DNA from: Felis catus
Lineage: Eukaryota
Assembly: GCF_018350175.1 (NCBI RefSeq)
Contig: NC_058373.1
Location: forward strand, 101,496,001-101,560,000
Direction of reading: 5' to 3'
DNA: 64,000 nt
The position numbers were made by a program, and so were the translations under genes. Under the pieces are notes generated by a model. That model was not told the origin of the DNA and made no database searches. It worked only from the letters and a program-made list of their open reading frames with translations. Below, piece after piece: positions 1 to 12,924 of this stretch. How positions within the stretch are numbered: position 1 is the first letter of the stretch; the number at the start of each line of letters is the position of its first letter.

Positions 1-489
1 GGAGCTTTTACATGTGTCCCTGAGAGGGTCACAGTGTTGCCATCCCTCTGCAGGCTTCCTCTGCAGCCTGTGCCTCTGACCTCTGTGCTCATCTGTTTCC
101 CATGATTCCTACTGGGCCCCAGGGCGGAGCAGTATAACATAGTACAGCATAATTCACTTTTATAGAACATCCTTCATGCAAGCTATCACAGGGAGCTAAT
201 CAAATGCTGACGAGAAAGGGTCTGCAGCGGGATAAGATTTAAAGGGAGGAACTGATTTAGTGGCTCTGGGGGCAAAAAAGAAATTTCAGATAGATGGGTT
301 AGGAGAAAGGAAAGAACAACCCCCGCTGTGGTCAAATGTGGGTGGAAAGAAGTGGCTACGTCTCAGAAAAAGAACACGGAGGGGTAGAGAAGCAGCTGGC
401 ATCCCGAGAAATTACCAATACTTTCACAAGTAGAGGTGATTTGGATGTCATTCAGGAAAGTAAACGAATCATTAGAAAGTCTTTAGGTC

Positions 490-960
490 CAAGGAACAGA
501 AACCCCAGTCCAAAATTATTTGAACAGGAAGTGTTATTATGTCACATAATAAGATGTCCTAAGACAGAGTGGTCAGGTTAATTCAGTGATCTAATAATGT
601 CATCAAAGTCCTGGACTCTTGACTTCTTTCTACTCTGAAGCCCACAGTGTCCTCACACTGGTATTCCCAGTGTGAGTACTGTGACTGGTATTCCCCAGGT
701 CACAGGAAGGCTGACACAGTTCCAAGTGTCACACCTAGCTATGGCAACATGTAGGCACAACAATAGGAGACAACAGAAGAAGGAGAGGCTGTTTCCCAGG
801 CGGTCCCCTTTTAAGAGTGAGGAAATTCATCATCCCAGAAGCCCCAGCAGACTTAGCCCTGAGGTCCCTTTGGCCAGCATTGGAGTCTAATCCCTTTCTA
901 AACCGATCTCTAGCCAGAAGAATAGGATCACCATGATTGGTTTAGACTAATCAAGATTCT
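490..960. mobile_element. Old MaLR LTR fragment (MLT1J/K-like)
   Basis: Motifs such as ggttaattcagtgatctaataatgtcatcaa and the terminal ggatcaccatgattggtttagactaatca resemble ancient MLT1 LTRs; similar to 62850-63140. Boundaries approximate. Confidence 0.5.
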
Positions 961-2346
961 CTTCTAAGTCCCTTAAGAGAAAGGTGGACCCCCAAATCAA
1001 GGCTTTGCCCATAAGGAAAAGGAAACGGTGGCAACTGAGATATCAACCCACCATATCTCATACAAAAGTAATGCAAAATAGGCATTGTGCCTGTTGACCC
1101 CTGGAGGAAAAGCATACATCCAATACCTAATTACCTACAAAATTCAGATGAATTGTTTAGAATTAGGAAGATCACGGTGGGGGAAAAACTCCTATATTGA
1201 GAAAGAAAATAAGAATTTCTAAGTACAAGGGCATATCAGGAAGAGGCGGGGGTAGGGGGTTGGAGAGCTGAATTTTGGCCTCCTTCTAGAGTGAAATTAA
1301 ACATATTTAAAGATGGGAGGAAAGTATGTTTGGGATGAAGGATTTCTGCTCTTGGCAGATGAGGCATGGAAAGGGAAAATTTCTATTCTGAATTAAAGAA
1401 TGTAATGGTAGAGTCAGAGCCTTTGAGAGCAAGAATCTCCTGTTTCTGGAGGGGAAAGGGAGATATGCAAGAATGCAGAGCCAAATATCAATCCAGGGAC
1501 ATGGATATGAGAACTTCTACAAAGTCCAAAGCAAGGACTTGAATGAAACCCACAGGAACAGGAGGAAGACACATTTTTGGTGAGTGTGGAACCAACCTGT
1601 GAACTTTACAGGTTCTGAGCTTTTTGCTAATGCTGAAACTTCGGGGGTTTGAGTTCATTTACTCTGTGCAAAATTCACCTTCCAAGTACCAAGAAAAAAA
1701 AATTGGCTCCAAAGATTACTGAACACCAAACTAGCTCTTAAGGAACCACACAGGGATGAGTTAAGTGTAAATGAATCACAAACACACAGATTGAATTTCT
1801 CCTAAACTGCACCAGAGTTTAAAGGCCAAGGGAAAAAGCACTTGAGGCAAAAGACATTTTGGCTTTTGCAGAACCTAAAACATTTTTAATGAGTTTGAAT
1901 TCATTCAATTAACTTAGGGTTCAGCCGAGTTCTTTCTTCCAAATCTGGTGTTCAGCCTAGCGATATATATATACAGCTGCCATTCTAGAGCCACTCCGCC
2001 TTAGAAAGGAAATTGCTTTTGTTTTTTTAATATTAACTTCTTGATCCAATTTGATCAAAGGTAACTGAGACAAATATCATGACAGTGTAAGAATTATTTT
2101 TCTAATGGCTTGTAATGTAAATGGTGGAACTCAAAGTTCCATACTCAAGTTGGGGCACAAGATGAACAACCCTAAGAAATAGGAAAGGGGAAAATAAAGA
2201 AGCCTCTTCTAAAACCTTTATATTTCAAATACTGGTGAGTCTATAGCAGGAATTCTTCTGTCATTCAACTTGTGGGAAGTTATTATTGAGTGTGTGCTAG
2301 GTAGCAGGTACCACCAGCATAAATGATAAGGATGTAAAATTATATC

Positions 2347-2542
2347 TTTTTTTTCATTTATTTTAGAAAGAGAGAGAGCATGAGTGGGGGAGACAGGCAG
2401 AAGGAGAGAGAGAGAATCGCAAGCGGGCTCCATGCTCAGCTCAGAACCCAACCTGGGGCTCAATCCCATGACCCTGAGATCATGACCTGAGCCAACATCA
2501 AGAGTTGGACTCAGCTCAACCAGCTGAACCATCCAGATGCCC
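2347..2542 (-). mobile_element. Can-SINE (older, diverged)
   Basis: Poly-T, (GA)n tract and reverse-complement tRNA-like head (gagatcatgacctgagcc...ccatccagatgccc). Confidence 0.93.
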
Positions 2543-3144
2543 TTCTGTTTCTTTATCAGTTTACTTCTTGTTTTTGATGAACATTGTTTAGTAATTGTTG
2601 CAATGTATTCATGCCACTCAAGTCTCTTTCATACCTTCCTTTCTTCTTCTTTGGAGTAGGTGAACATCCCCTATAGGTCTGTTTTATTTTATCTTCTCAG
2701 CCACCCCCACCGCAGACTCTTTTCCTCAGATATACACACATCCTTCCTCATAATAGATGCTCAAGCACTGAAAAGTTGAAATATCAGTCATCCCTCTTTC
2801 TTTTCCACTAGATGCCTCTCTCTTTTGCCTGCCCTACCTCAGCTAAAGCTTCTTTTGCTCTCTGTCTGACCTGCTCAAAATAGTACATAAATAACCTTGG
2901 TTAAGGACTCCTCAACGGTGTGGCTTAATCTAGATGGAGAATCTAGAAGAGTTGAATGAAATTAGAGACTACACAGCATTCAGGCAACTGTCCATTCATA
3001 TGATTTCGTGAAACAGAAATGGAAGTATATGTTTTGCATTTGAAGTTATACTTCCTTGGTATATGCAATGCAAATAATCCACGCTAAACTATAGCTTTGT
3101 GATGATGCTCCCAATGAAATTCAAGCAAGAGTTATAGCTTAGAG

Positions 3145-3209
3145 GTGTGTGTGTGTGTATATATATATAAATACATATATATATATAAATATATATGTAT
3201 ATATAAAAA

Positions 3210-3245
<36 letters not shown>

Positions 3246-3273
3246 CCTCACACACACACACACACACACACAC
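3145..3273. repeat. Compound microsatellite (TG)n-(TA)n-(CA)n
   Basis: Directly visible dinucleotide tracts. Confidence 0.97.
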
Positions 3274-3334
3274 CCCTTATTGAGTTTGGACACATATGAT
3301 ATCGTAGACACTACATGCTTGCATCTCACAAGGA

Positions 3335-3470
3335 CCAGTGTGATAGGTATTCTTACAACTCCATTTTACACAAGAGGAGTCTGAGTTTCAGAGAAGTTAA
3401 GTAACTAGACCCAGGTTATACTGCTAGGAAGTGGCAGACACAGAATCTGAAGAGGTCTGTGGGAGCCCAG
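3335..3470 (-). mobile_element. MIR fragment
   Basis: ccattttacacaagaggagtctgagtttcagagaagttaagtaact...ctaggaagtggcag resembles the MIR core. Confidence 0.8.
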
Positions 3471-4779
3471 GTCTGATCTGTTAACTCCCACTTCTCACTG
3501 GCTGGGGTGAAGCCATGAAGGATCGCGGCAGGTCTTTGGCTAGCGTAAGAATGCAAAAGCTAAAATTTTGTTTTGTGAGCCTTAATTCAGTTAAGGGGAA
3601 GGAATGACACTTCAGGGAAAAGAACCCAAGTTGGCTTTTCTTTTTTTTTTTTTTAATTAAATTATATTTTACAAGAATCCCTGATGAAACCAGAGGGAAA
3701 AACAATCTTGCTTCTCCTCCCTCCTCCAAACAAGTACCTAAAACGTCCCTCCTAATTCCTAACTTGTTGTGATGGCTTATGGAATTATTATTAGAGTGGC
3801 CTATCTTGTTAAGAAAAAAGCCTGATGACAAGTGCATTGGGCTCCCCTGCTTCGGAACAGAAGAATTGCCTACAGCAAGAGACGCTCACCACATCTAGTG
3901 GAAAAAAAAAAAGATCACATATCTTGAATTTTCATTTGGTTGTGTGTTCGGAGAAAGAAACAGGAAAAGAGTATATGACTGACAAAGAGAAAGGCAACTG
4001 TTGAACCTATTTTCATTGCACAAGGCCTGGGAAAGTTTCCCTGGGAACCAAAATAAAGCATTCATCTCCTCTGTCCCTTTTGTAGGAGACTCAAAATAGT
4101 CAATGCATTTCCACTCCGTTTCTTAAAGCCACTTCCTTTCCCCTCCCTCGACCCACCTCCCCACCCCAAAATAAAACTTTTTTTTTTTTCTCAGCCAACA
4201 AATTTTCTGGTCACCACAACAACGAGCAGATTCACAAAGCAAATGAGTAATTTGGAATGTGGCAAGTATCTCGTCTGACTCACAGAAAGAAAAAAGAAAA
4301 GGTGGCTTCTGCCCAAATGGAAATGCTCACTGGAAAATTCTTGAAAATATTCCTAAAATCTAAAATTGGACAAGTGAATATACCCTGAGGAAAAACTTGG
4401 AATTTCTCAAAACATAAACAAGGTAAAATTTTTAAAAGTTTTAAAGGGATGGATATAAATATGTTGAAGTATCTAAATAAATTAACTTTTTTTTTTCTTT
4501 TTCTAATGTTTGCTTTCAACACTTGGGCTATTGCTTAAAAAGTCCCTACCAGGCAGTGGGTAGAGATGGTCCCGGAATTTCTATACAAAAGGGACTTTTG
4601 AGAGACAATCTGGATGCAAGGGCAGGTTGGGAAATTGAAGGTGACCTAGCAGCTCATGGATTTTACTTAGATAGTACAATTATTATAGTGGAGTAGTTGG
4701 AGAATGAACTAATGAAGGGCTAACGAAGATTATAGTGAAACTAATATTCCCCAGACACACACCAGGCCACGTAGTCAAC

Positions 4780-5320
4780 ACTGCCAGTTGTCCACCCAGC
4801 ATCCATTCCTCCTTTCTTTCTCCCTGACGGAACCCTGATTTGATCAGTCAACCACTAATTGTCTACACAGCCATGATCCTTAGGGAAACATGGTCTGACA
4901 CCACATTCAAGCAGTCTAGGTAGGATAACTCCATGGGCCTTTTCAGGAACATTTTAGAAATAAGCATATGACCTAACTCTGGCCAATCAGATGTGAGGAA
5001 AAGTCTTCTGGAGCTTCTAGAAACTACTGCCTCACTCCTAAGCCAGAGTGTCTCCTCTACCGTGAATAATGACCTGAGTGGATGTGACTCCCAGCATTGC
5101 TGCAGCCACCTTGCTACCAGCCTGAGGGTGTAGCCAACCCAGGAGCTAGCTGCTGACAGAGATGAAAAGAACCTGAGTTATTGATAACATCATTGGCCTC
5201 TGAAGCAAGACAGCCAGGAGACCACCCTTTCTCTAGACTTCTTATAATGTGAAGCAATAAACCTCCATATTGTTGAAGCTAGTTGACTCAGGGTTTTCTG
5301 CTTGTGGCTAAACAGCCCAA
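4780..5320 (+). mobile_element. MaLR LTR (MLT1G/H-like)
   Basis: ccacccagcatccattcc start, atgacctaactctggccaatcaga CCAAT block, aataaacctcc...ttgaagcta...ggttttctg end typical of MLT1 LTRs. Confidence 0.7.
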
Positions 5321-5789
5321 TGGATATAGCTGAACCACCTGAACCATCACCCCTTGACACAGACACCGGCTTAGAGGCTAGAGGAGCTTCAAGATGCCCA
5401 TCCAGAATTCAGAGACAGAAGCCACAAACTCATATCCTATATATAAGACCTAAGAACTGCTCATTCAGAGTTGACTAATCATGGAATGTGACACTGCATT
5501 TACACAGTGCACCCAGTCTGGCTAGATTTGCAAAAGTGGCTCTCCTGCTGATACTGTATCAAAACTTCAAGAATAGAAAATACAGTCTCATTATTACAGA
5601 AATAGGGACTTACTTTCTCCATCAATCCCAAGCTAAAATGGTGAAGTAGGATTGTTTTGGCAGTAAAGAGCAATGGAGTGTTAATATTAAACTTTTAACT
5701 TTCAGAACTGGATTCCAAAATAAGGCAATAGGTTTGTAAGCCAGGTTTCATTAAATGAGGACTTTTTTAAGTTTTATTGTAAAATATTT

Positions 5790-5922
5790 TAAACCTACTG
5801 ATGAGATAATGACATTATATATACCTTATATCCTTATCCAAAATAAAAAATTCGTAAACATACTGATGAAATAATGACATTATATATACTTTTATACCCA
5901 TATTCAAAATAAAAAGTTCTTA
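5790..5922. repeat. ~65-bp tandem duplication
   Basis: taaacctactgatgagataatgacattatatatac... is repeated from 5855 as taaacatactgatgaaataatgacattatatatac... Confidence 0.9.
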
Positions 5923-5929
5923 ATGCTTT

Positions 5930-6510
5930 TCCATATTTACTTTGGATCTTTTTTAGCAAAACATAATAGATATCTCCCCAAGTCCATTTTTCTCTGCTCT
6001 GATCAGTGGATCTTTTTGTATCTTTTTACCATATATGTATATATCTACACCAGTATCTGTTATTACTTTGTATGCCTTTAAACCTTATATAAATTGTATC
6101 ATAGTGTATAATTTCTTTTGAAATTTCCAGGTTTCTTTAATCACTAGTCAGTATCCCTCTGAGATTAATGGCAGATTACATGATAGATGTAGCTATTTTC
6201 ATTCAATTCATCAGTTTTATAACAAATTCTAATTTACTCATTCTCCTATTAACGGATAGTTTGTTTTCAGTTTTTCATTATTCAAGCAATGCTGCAACAA
6301 ACATTTTTACCTCCCTCTAATCATGTATGAGGCTCTCCCTTTGATGTTTACATCGAATCATAGGAAACTGTCAATATTCAACCATTTTGACCTACAAAAT
6401 GACAGATTACTATGGCTCTACCTATTATGTACCTGGAAGTGAAAATGCCAGTTGATAGGATATACGTATCTTCAACTCAACCAGCTATAGCCAAATTTTG
6501 AGAGATAATT
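5930..6510 (-). mobile_element. Ancient L1M (L1ME-like) 3' fragment
   Basis: aatttactcattctcctattaacggatagtttgttttcagttttt...aatgctgcaacaaacatt resembles an antisense L1 ORF2 end/3'UTR. Confidence 0.6.
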
Positions 6511-7469
6511 TTCTAAAATACTTCCTTAATCAACATCCAAGTCTTGAAACATGCAGTTCACAGAGTTTATTCCATAGAGAAAATAGGCCTTCTACCTTTG
6601 AGAGAGAAGGATAGGATAAAGAAGCAGAACCTGGCAGTTTCCATGTAACAATGTCATCCACCAAACCTTGGAGAAGATGCTATGCTTCATTTCAAACCCC
6701 CCAAGTTTCCACTATTCCCCAAGGCTGAGGCATCATGGATGACTGAAAAAATTTGGTACACTATCCCAGGAGATCTGTTCAATGAAGTTTGAGCTTGTCT
6801 TTACAAAGAAGCCCAGGGGGATATTTGGAACCACAAATTATCGACAGTTAAAATAGTAATAACTTCACTTATGGCCCTCTTTCCTTAACTAGAATCAGAA
6901 AAAATGGCTGGTGGTGGGAGAGAGGTAAAGGAAATGTGTGCAGATTCCTGCATCAGTTCAATTTCTGAACCCAAGGAATAAAAGCTTGAGCCTTGACACA
7001 GGATAAAACGGGCTGACGTTTGCTTTCTCACATGTGTGTGTCATTCCTATAGATGACTTGGTAATTCAACTCTGGAGGTCTCCTCTGTAAATTATTGTGT
7101 AACTTGTACTCATAATAAATACACACCACCTGCCTTGTAAACACTATCGACAGCACTTACAGCTTGCCATATCATTAAAATGCCAACACCTAGTTATCAA
7201 ATATGATATCTGGATGCTTGAAGTTCATTTTTAATGATTGGAAATGCCCTGACCACCCTCCACCAACAAATATGGCACCAATAAACACAATGCACAGATT
7301 TGGATCCTTGTGGAATTCTTTGAACATTTTACTTGGTTCTGGAGTTTTGGATAGAATTCCTCAGATTTTTTTTTCCCCAGATGACTGACATTTGGGAATT
7401 TTCTTTATGGCCTCACTAAGTTTTATCTGCCTTTTATAGGTAAATTATGAGATTATATCTAATATACTT

Positions 7470-7760
7470 AGCATTTTTACAGTAACAAACAACCTCAATA
7501 CATCAGTGGCTTACAATGAATGTATCTATTTTGCTCTTGTTTCATGAGGGCCGTGAGTTGCTACAGTTCTTCTGGTCTCTGCTCAGCTCTACACCCACTC
7601 ATCTTCACTGGCCAGAGCACTGGCATGTCACAGGATCAAGCTCAAGGTCATGAATCAAGCAGGTATAATGAAGGCAGGGGCAAATCGTACACCACAGGAA
7701 GAGGAATATAAAATCCTATGACTGGGAGGAGGTGAATCGTGGTGAATGATAACTCAGCAT
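7470..7760. mobile_element. Old MLT1-type LTR fragment
   Basis: gtaacaaacaacctcaatacatcagtggcttacaa is characteristic of MLT1 termini. Confidence 0.5.
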
Positions 7761-9589
7761 ACCACAAATTTTCTCAAAGTTTCGTTGGCCAATGACAAAA
7801 AAAGGGGGAAGAAACCACAATGTAAATTGGTGCACATTAGCAAAAAATTGCGCTTTGAAGTCACATCAAATCTGACACATTCAGTGTGGAAAATAATACA
7901 AGGCCTTAAGGAGGAAGTCAGGAGTTGCTGAAAGTTCTTCCTTCCATTCTCCCATTTGATTCACTATTTGCTTTCCCACTGATTAAAAAGTATCAGCAAC
8001 AGATAATGAACTTGCTCTTTAATAGCATAAAGAATACGGTGCTTCCCTTGCCAAAACATCTTCCCATATTTTCTTCTGGACTTGCCTTCAAAGGTGTAAT
8101 CTCTTTCTCATGAATAGTCTCACTGGGGGAAAAAAAAAAGGTTTGTTCTTGGAGTCTAGGTATGGATATTTGAGTTCATTTGGTATCAAGTCTTATGAAT
8201 CAGGTAAATGAATGGTCAAGGTGTGTAACAGAGTTAGGGTGGGCAAAATCAAAGCGGCAGCATAAAGTAGTCACGGGTTTCTTGAGTATCAGCATACTGG
8301 TTCTGAAGGTAATTTCAAATGCGCATTTCCAAGAATGTTCTCTGTGATGGTAGCATCGTTAGTATAAATGCATAGTCTCTTAAGGTGATACTTTAAAAAA
8401 TAAGACTCACCTGATGATGCAAGTTCTGCTTTTTGTTGTTTGTTTTATCATTTAAATTTTCATTCTCTTGCCCATATGTATTTCACAGCTATGATCTGTA
8501 ATAACATATTTAGTATTCGTTTCTGTCTTCCACAGCGAGCCAACCAGCGTTATCCAAACTGCCAACAAAGTTCTGAGAGCCTGTGAAGATCACTGCATTG
8601 TATTCATTTCTATGGGGATACAAAGTCAGTTCTGGTCCTTGGCCAGTTTTCATCAACGTGCAAGTTAGATGCCATCTATGAGTCCGCACAGGTACTTTAA
8701 GCTGATAGCCTCTTCGACGCTTAAGCCAAGAGAAACTGATCATTTCTGTGTATGTCCCAGTAGAAAATCCAAATAAAATTAATATGGGAGATGGCAACTG
8801 AAACATTCCCTAAAGATAGCAAACCGAGCCCGTGATGCAATGTGGGGCTCTCAAAAAAAAAATATATTAAATGTTGTCCAATTGCAGGTACATATAAAAG
8901 TATGACTGTCTCTTTCTCTCCAAAGTCATGTCAAGTCTTGGAAATGTCACGTAGAAATAAACTTTGTTGAAAGAATGCCTAAAGCACATGTAAGCGCACT
9001 GTAACCCATTGATTTCCATTCTGAAAATCTACTTCCCTTCCGAAAAATCAATGCGAGATTTTCAAGCTCTCATTGTGGGAAAGGATATTCAGGGACCTGA
9101 TAAGGACAGTAGTGGCAGCCCCTGGATTATGGTGGAGGGGACTCTTAATAGGCTAGACCGTTGTGAGGTCTCTGTCCTACCAGGGCACAGCTGGAACTGA
9201 ACCCCCCTCTTCCCAGCCTAAACTTTAAATCTGCTAGCTTATCACCCTTCTGCTTTATTTCCCTTTTCTTTCCCTCTACGCGCTCCCCATTTTGGGTGGG
9301 GAGACGGGTAGGGTAATAAAAATGGAACAATAGGGGAGCTCACGATGGGAGTGGGAATCGTTTGGTAAGGGCATGAACACCAGTGTAAACTCCAGACGAG
9401 TGTGGGCAACGGAGTGACCTCCAAGTCACTCTAAATCGGCATCCTTCTTCCTGTACAGTCTTTAAAAGTGGTATCTCCCACACCATCGATCTCCCCTCCT
9501 GGTCAGCTCCGCCGTGGAAACTTCTGAGCTGTAGGAAGAGTCTCCATTTCAGTATATTCACATTAAGATAAGTGCAGAAAGGAAAACTC

Positions 9590-11450
9590 TTCGCTGGCTG
9601 CTTTGACAGAACTCAGAAATAAGCTGCGCTGTAGCGTTCCTTTCTCCCGAGCGCTGACATTCGTGGTAAAGCACCAGCTTGCGCGTTCCCAAAGAGATTT
9701 GCTTACAAAGATCAGTATAGGAGCGGCTGATTGGGTCTCCTGAGATAGATCTCATCCTCTGACAACTCGCCGAGACCCCGTTGAATCTCGCTCTTCGTGT
9801 CTAATTACCTGCCTGATACCTGAGCCTCTCCCGCCCCGCAGCCCGGCTTCGGGTGCGCAAACTCTTCCCCGAAGGCGCAGCAGACACACAGCTGGGGGGC
9901 CGGCCTGGGCCGGGAGCGGCCCCCCAGCAGCCTCTGGAAATCCACATTTTAGGGCCTTGTAGTCATTTCCTTGCTAGTGCGAGGAAAGTTTTTGTACATT
10001 TTTATAAAAGGAGGCCAGAAGAGAACACCCTCCTCTTACTTCCTAATATATTATGTCCTCCCCTGCCGAGTCCGGGGACTTAGTCTGGATTTGGTAACTG
10101 AAGTAATATAAATGTTAGCTAAGAAGTATTCTCGCAATATGGTTCCAATTTAGGCCTGTTTTGAAGTCTAAAGGCCCAATATGTCTCGTAGATTCTTCGC
10201 TGGACATTAGCGCTAATGTAATTTGCGGAGGAGCGCAGGCCGCGAGCTAGAAGGGCGCTTTCCAAGTGCTAGGGAGACTTGTGCATTCGCCGGTAGTTGC
10301 CCCCACCGCTTTTGATGTTGGGGGCTTTGCTCAGGAAATTGCCTTATACTTGCCAGGGTTTGCAGATAAATGGAGCAAGGTAAGTGCTGTACCCTGTCAC
10401 CACCCTCTCTCCTCTCCAGGCTCTGGAAGGAGGCAGCCCAGGCTGAATGCAGCCTTTCTCTGCAAGCTGTTTGCACTTTACTTCAATAACATATCTCTCA
10501 GAACACTGGCTTGATTTGCGAAGACACGCCTGCATTTTCGGAGCAGTGCTGACGCACCCCCAGCCCGCGCCCGCCCCCCACCCGCAGCCCGACTCCGCGC
10601 TCACACCCGTCCCGAGCCCCCGGCTGCATCCCGGTAATGAGCATCCCCCTGGAACCGCCTGCCCTTTATCTTGCTGGGGGGACCCGCACCTTTTGAACTG
10701 CCATCTGTAGATTGTGTTGGTGCACTGACTTGTTAACTGTGCCATGCTGTGAAGGAAATGGCATGATTTAGATCAAGTGCTCAGGACGGCTGTTCATAAG
10801 AAACACTTGAGCCAAGCTGTTGCTGCTCAGAAAGTGCCCTGGGGAGAGGGGTTCCGTTTCGGGTCACGGTCCTGCCTTGTATGAGGGCAGGCGCGAAGCG
10901 CTGCAATCCCCGGGCTTCGCTGGGGCTGGAGGGAGGGGGTGGGGAGAAACATTATGAAACCATAGAAGCGAGGCTGCCAAATTAACTTCTCACCCTTTCA
11001 ATCACACTCCAGAGGATAAAAGCCTAACATTTCTGCCTCAGAAACAGGCTCGGTTTACACCAAACAAGTTACTTCTCTAATTTATCAGCCCGGCCAGCTA
11101 TCCTTCTAATTACTGAAAATCTCCGCTGTTTATTATGGAGCCGTGTGGGCATCGGGTGTTGGAAAGTTTTTGTGGACAGGACTTCCCCTGGACTGCTTAT
11201 CAAAATCACTAAGAAACGAAAAGTTTCTGGGTTCAGTTGTTTTGTTGCCATGAAAAGGTCTTCCCTTGTCCCGACAGGCGGAAATAAACCCGGGAACTCG
11301 CCGGCTCCGGTAAGCGCGGATCCTGCGATGCTCACGTGTAAATAGCAAATTTCTGCAAGTAAAGTTTAATTAGGAAGACAAAAATAAAACTGAGACAGAG
11401 GGAGGGAAGAGGAGACCCGGGCAGCTTAATTCATCGACCCCCGGGCTAAT
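9590..11450. promoter_or_regulatory. CpG island / putative promoter
   Basis: Clear local enrichment of CpG and GC over flanks; GC boxes (cccgcccc ~9831 and ~10570), inverted CCAAT (ctgattgg ~9727), TATAAAA 10003-10009, E-box CACGTG 11333-11338; no recognisable transposon inside. Confidence 0.75.
10030..10379 (+). other. Candidate first exon of an unidentified (probably non-coding or 5'UTR) transcript
   Basis: TATA box ~25-30 nt upstream and a consensus 5' splice site AAG|GTAAGT at 10379/10380; no transcript data available. Confidence 0.3.
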
Positions 11451-12149
11451 ACCAAGGGCACTGATTTGTCCATTATATGGAAATAGATGATTAGGGTCAT
11501 TCTCCAAGACAAATTTACTTTTCTGCACACTCTAAATCTGTTTAGGCACTTTAAAGGTGTCAATTATTGGAACAGGCTAAGACTATGAATTTCTTAGTAA
11601 TAGCTTTAATAACATTTTGAAATGAAAAGCAGATACCTTGAAGTCAGCCTGCTTTGAAAAGACACATGAGCAGCTCTGGTTTTAATTTGTGTAGCATTCT
11701 ACATCTGGAATCTCTTATAATTAAAACTAAAAACTGAACTACCACTTCCACCTGTCAAATGATGAAAAGATGAATGCACTAATAAGTTACTAAATAGCCC
11801 AACATGATAGAGTTTACATTCTAGTTCCATACAGTAAAACAGAATTTTGGACAGGAGGCTAAAGGTCTTTGGTCATTACTAATAACACACTTTGAGTATT
11901 AACCTATATGTCCCCAACTACCGCCGGAATCTTTTTTACATTAAGAGCCCATTTTTGTAAGTCTTTGTTTTAAAAGTAAATAGAGATTTCAGAAAGAATA
12001 TTCAAAATGCGTAAATTAAGAGGTGCTTTTTCATCCCACATTTTATAGTTTCATCGCTCTTGAAACCCTTCTAATAGCTTCCTATGCTAATTGCGTGCAA
12101 TTGTCAAAAAAAAAAACAAAATCCAGTACTAAAAAAATCCAGTATTTAC

Positions 12150-12240
12150 AAATATTTATCAAGCAAGCACAGTATGCGTGGCTTTGTGCACAGCACTGGG
12201 GATGCAGCGCTGAGCAAGATATGTCTTTTTAGATAATTTA
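12150..12240 (-). mobile_element. L2 3'-end fragment
   Basis: caaatatttatcaagcaagcac...gcactggggatgcagcgctgagcaaga resembles the L2 tail. Confidence 0.6.
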
Positions 12241-12924
12241 GAGTTCAGAAAACTTGCAGTAATTTCTTCAGAATGACAAAAACCACATTTGTGCCCCGAT
12301 TCTGATAAGAAAAAGTCATTTCCTAAAGCTTTTGCTGTCACTCCAATTAAAACAACAATGGTCATTAAAATGCCCTCAGACTGTCACTGGTGATCAGAAG
12401 GTTAATTATTTAAAAATGTAAATCCTGCGTTGTAATCCCTATTGAAGCTGTTTGGAACAACTTCCCCTGTAGAGGTCGAGCTGTGTGGGCGGCCCCTAAA
12501 GGCTCATTTTTCTTATTACACAGTCTTGCTTCTCTGTCATGAAATAAAAATGGAAATATCACATTTTGAAAAGGGCATTGATTCCCCTAGAAAAAATAAT
12601 GAAGACTTTTGCCAGCCGTTGAAGGGGTCTTCCACAGGGTAGATGCTGCTGTCATGGAGGCCTTCCAGATGGTTCCGTCCAGCACAGTAACTGGTCATTG
12701 GCACTAGACAGCCGAAGGAAGGCAAGACCTAGAGGCAGCCCTAATCACAATGAACTGAGCTCTCCCTCTGTGAAAGTATGCCCAGGAAGAGAATTCCAGC
12801 AGGTTCTAACTCTGTGGAGCCAGTGGGGACCCCATTAAGCTATTTGCTTTAGTATCCCTTTCTATAATGGGGGCTACGTTCCATTCAAGAAAAAGTAGGA
12901 TTTGGCTGCTATGTACTTGTTCTT

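Noticed and set aside
2543..2562. ttctgtttctttatcagttta resembling U2 snRNA
   Set aside because: Short, gapped match with no TSD; likely chance.
8537..8691. Exon-like segment with acceptor tctgtcttccacag
   Set aside because: Stops in all three frames and only a weak donor (gtactt); no support as a coding exon.
10213..10745. Overlapping ORFs in the CpG island (82-133 aa, Pro/Gly-rich)
   Set aside because: Expected in GC-rich DNA; no recognisable homology.
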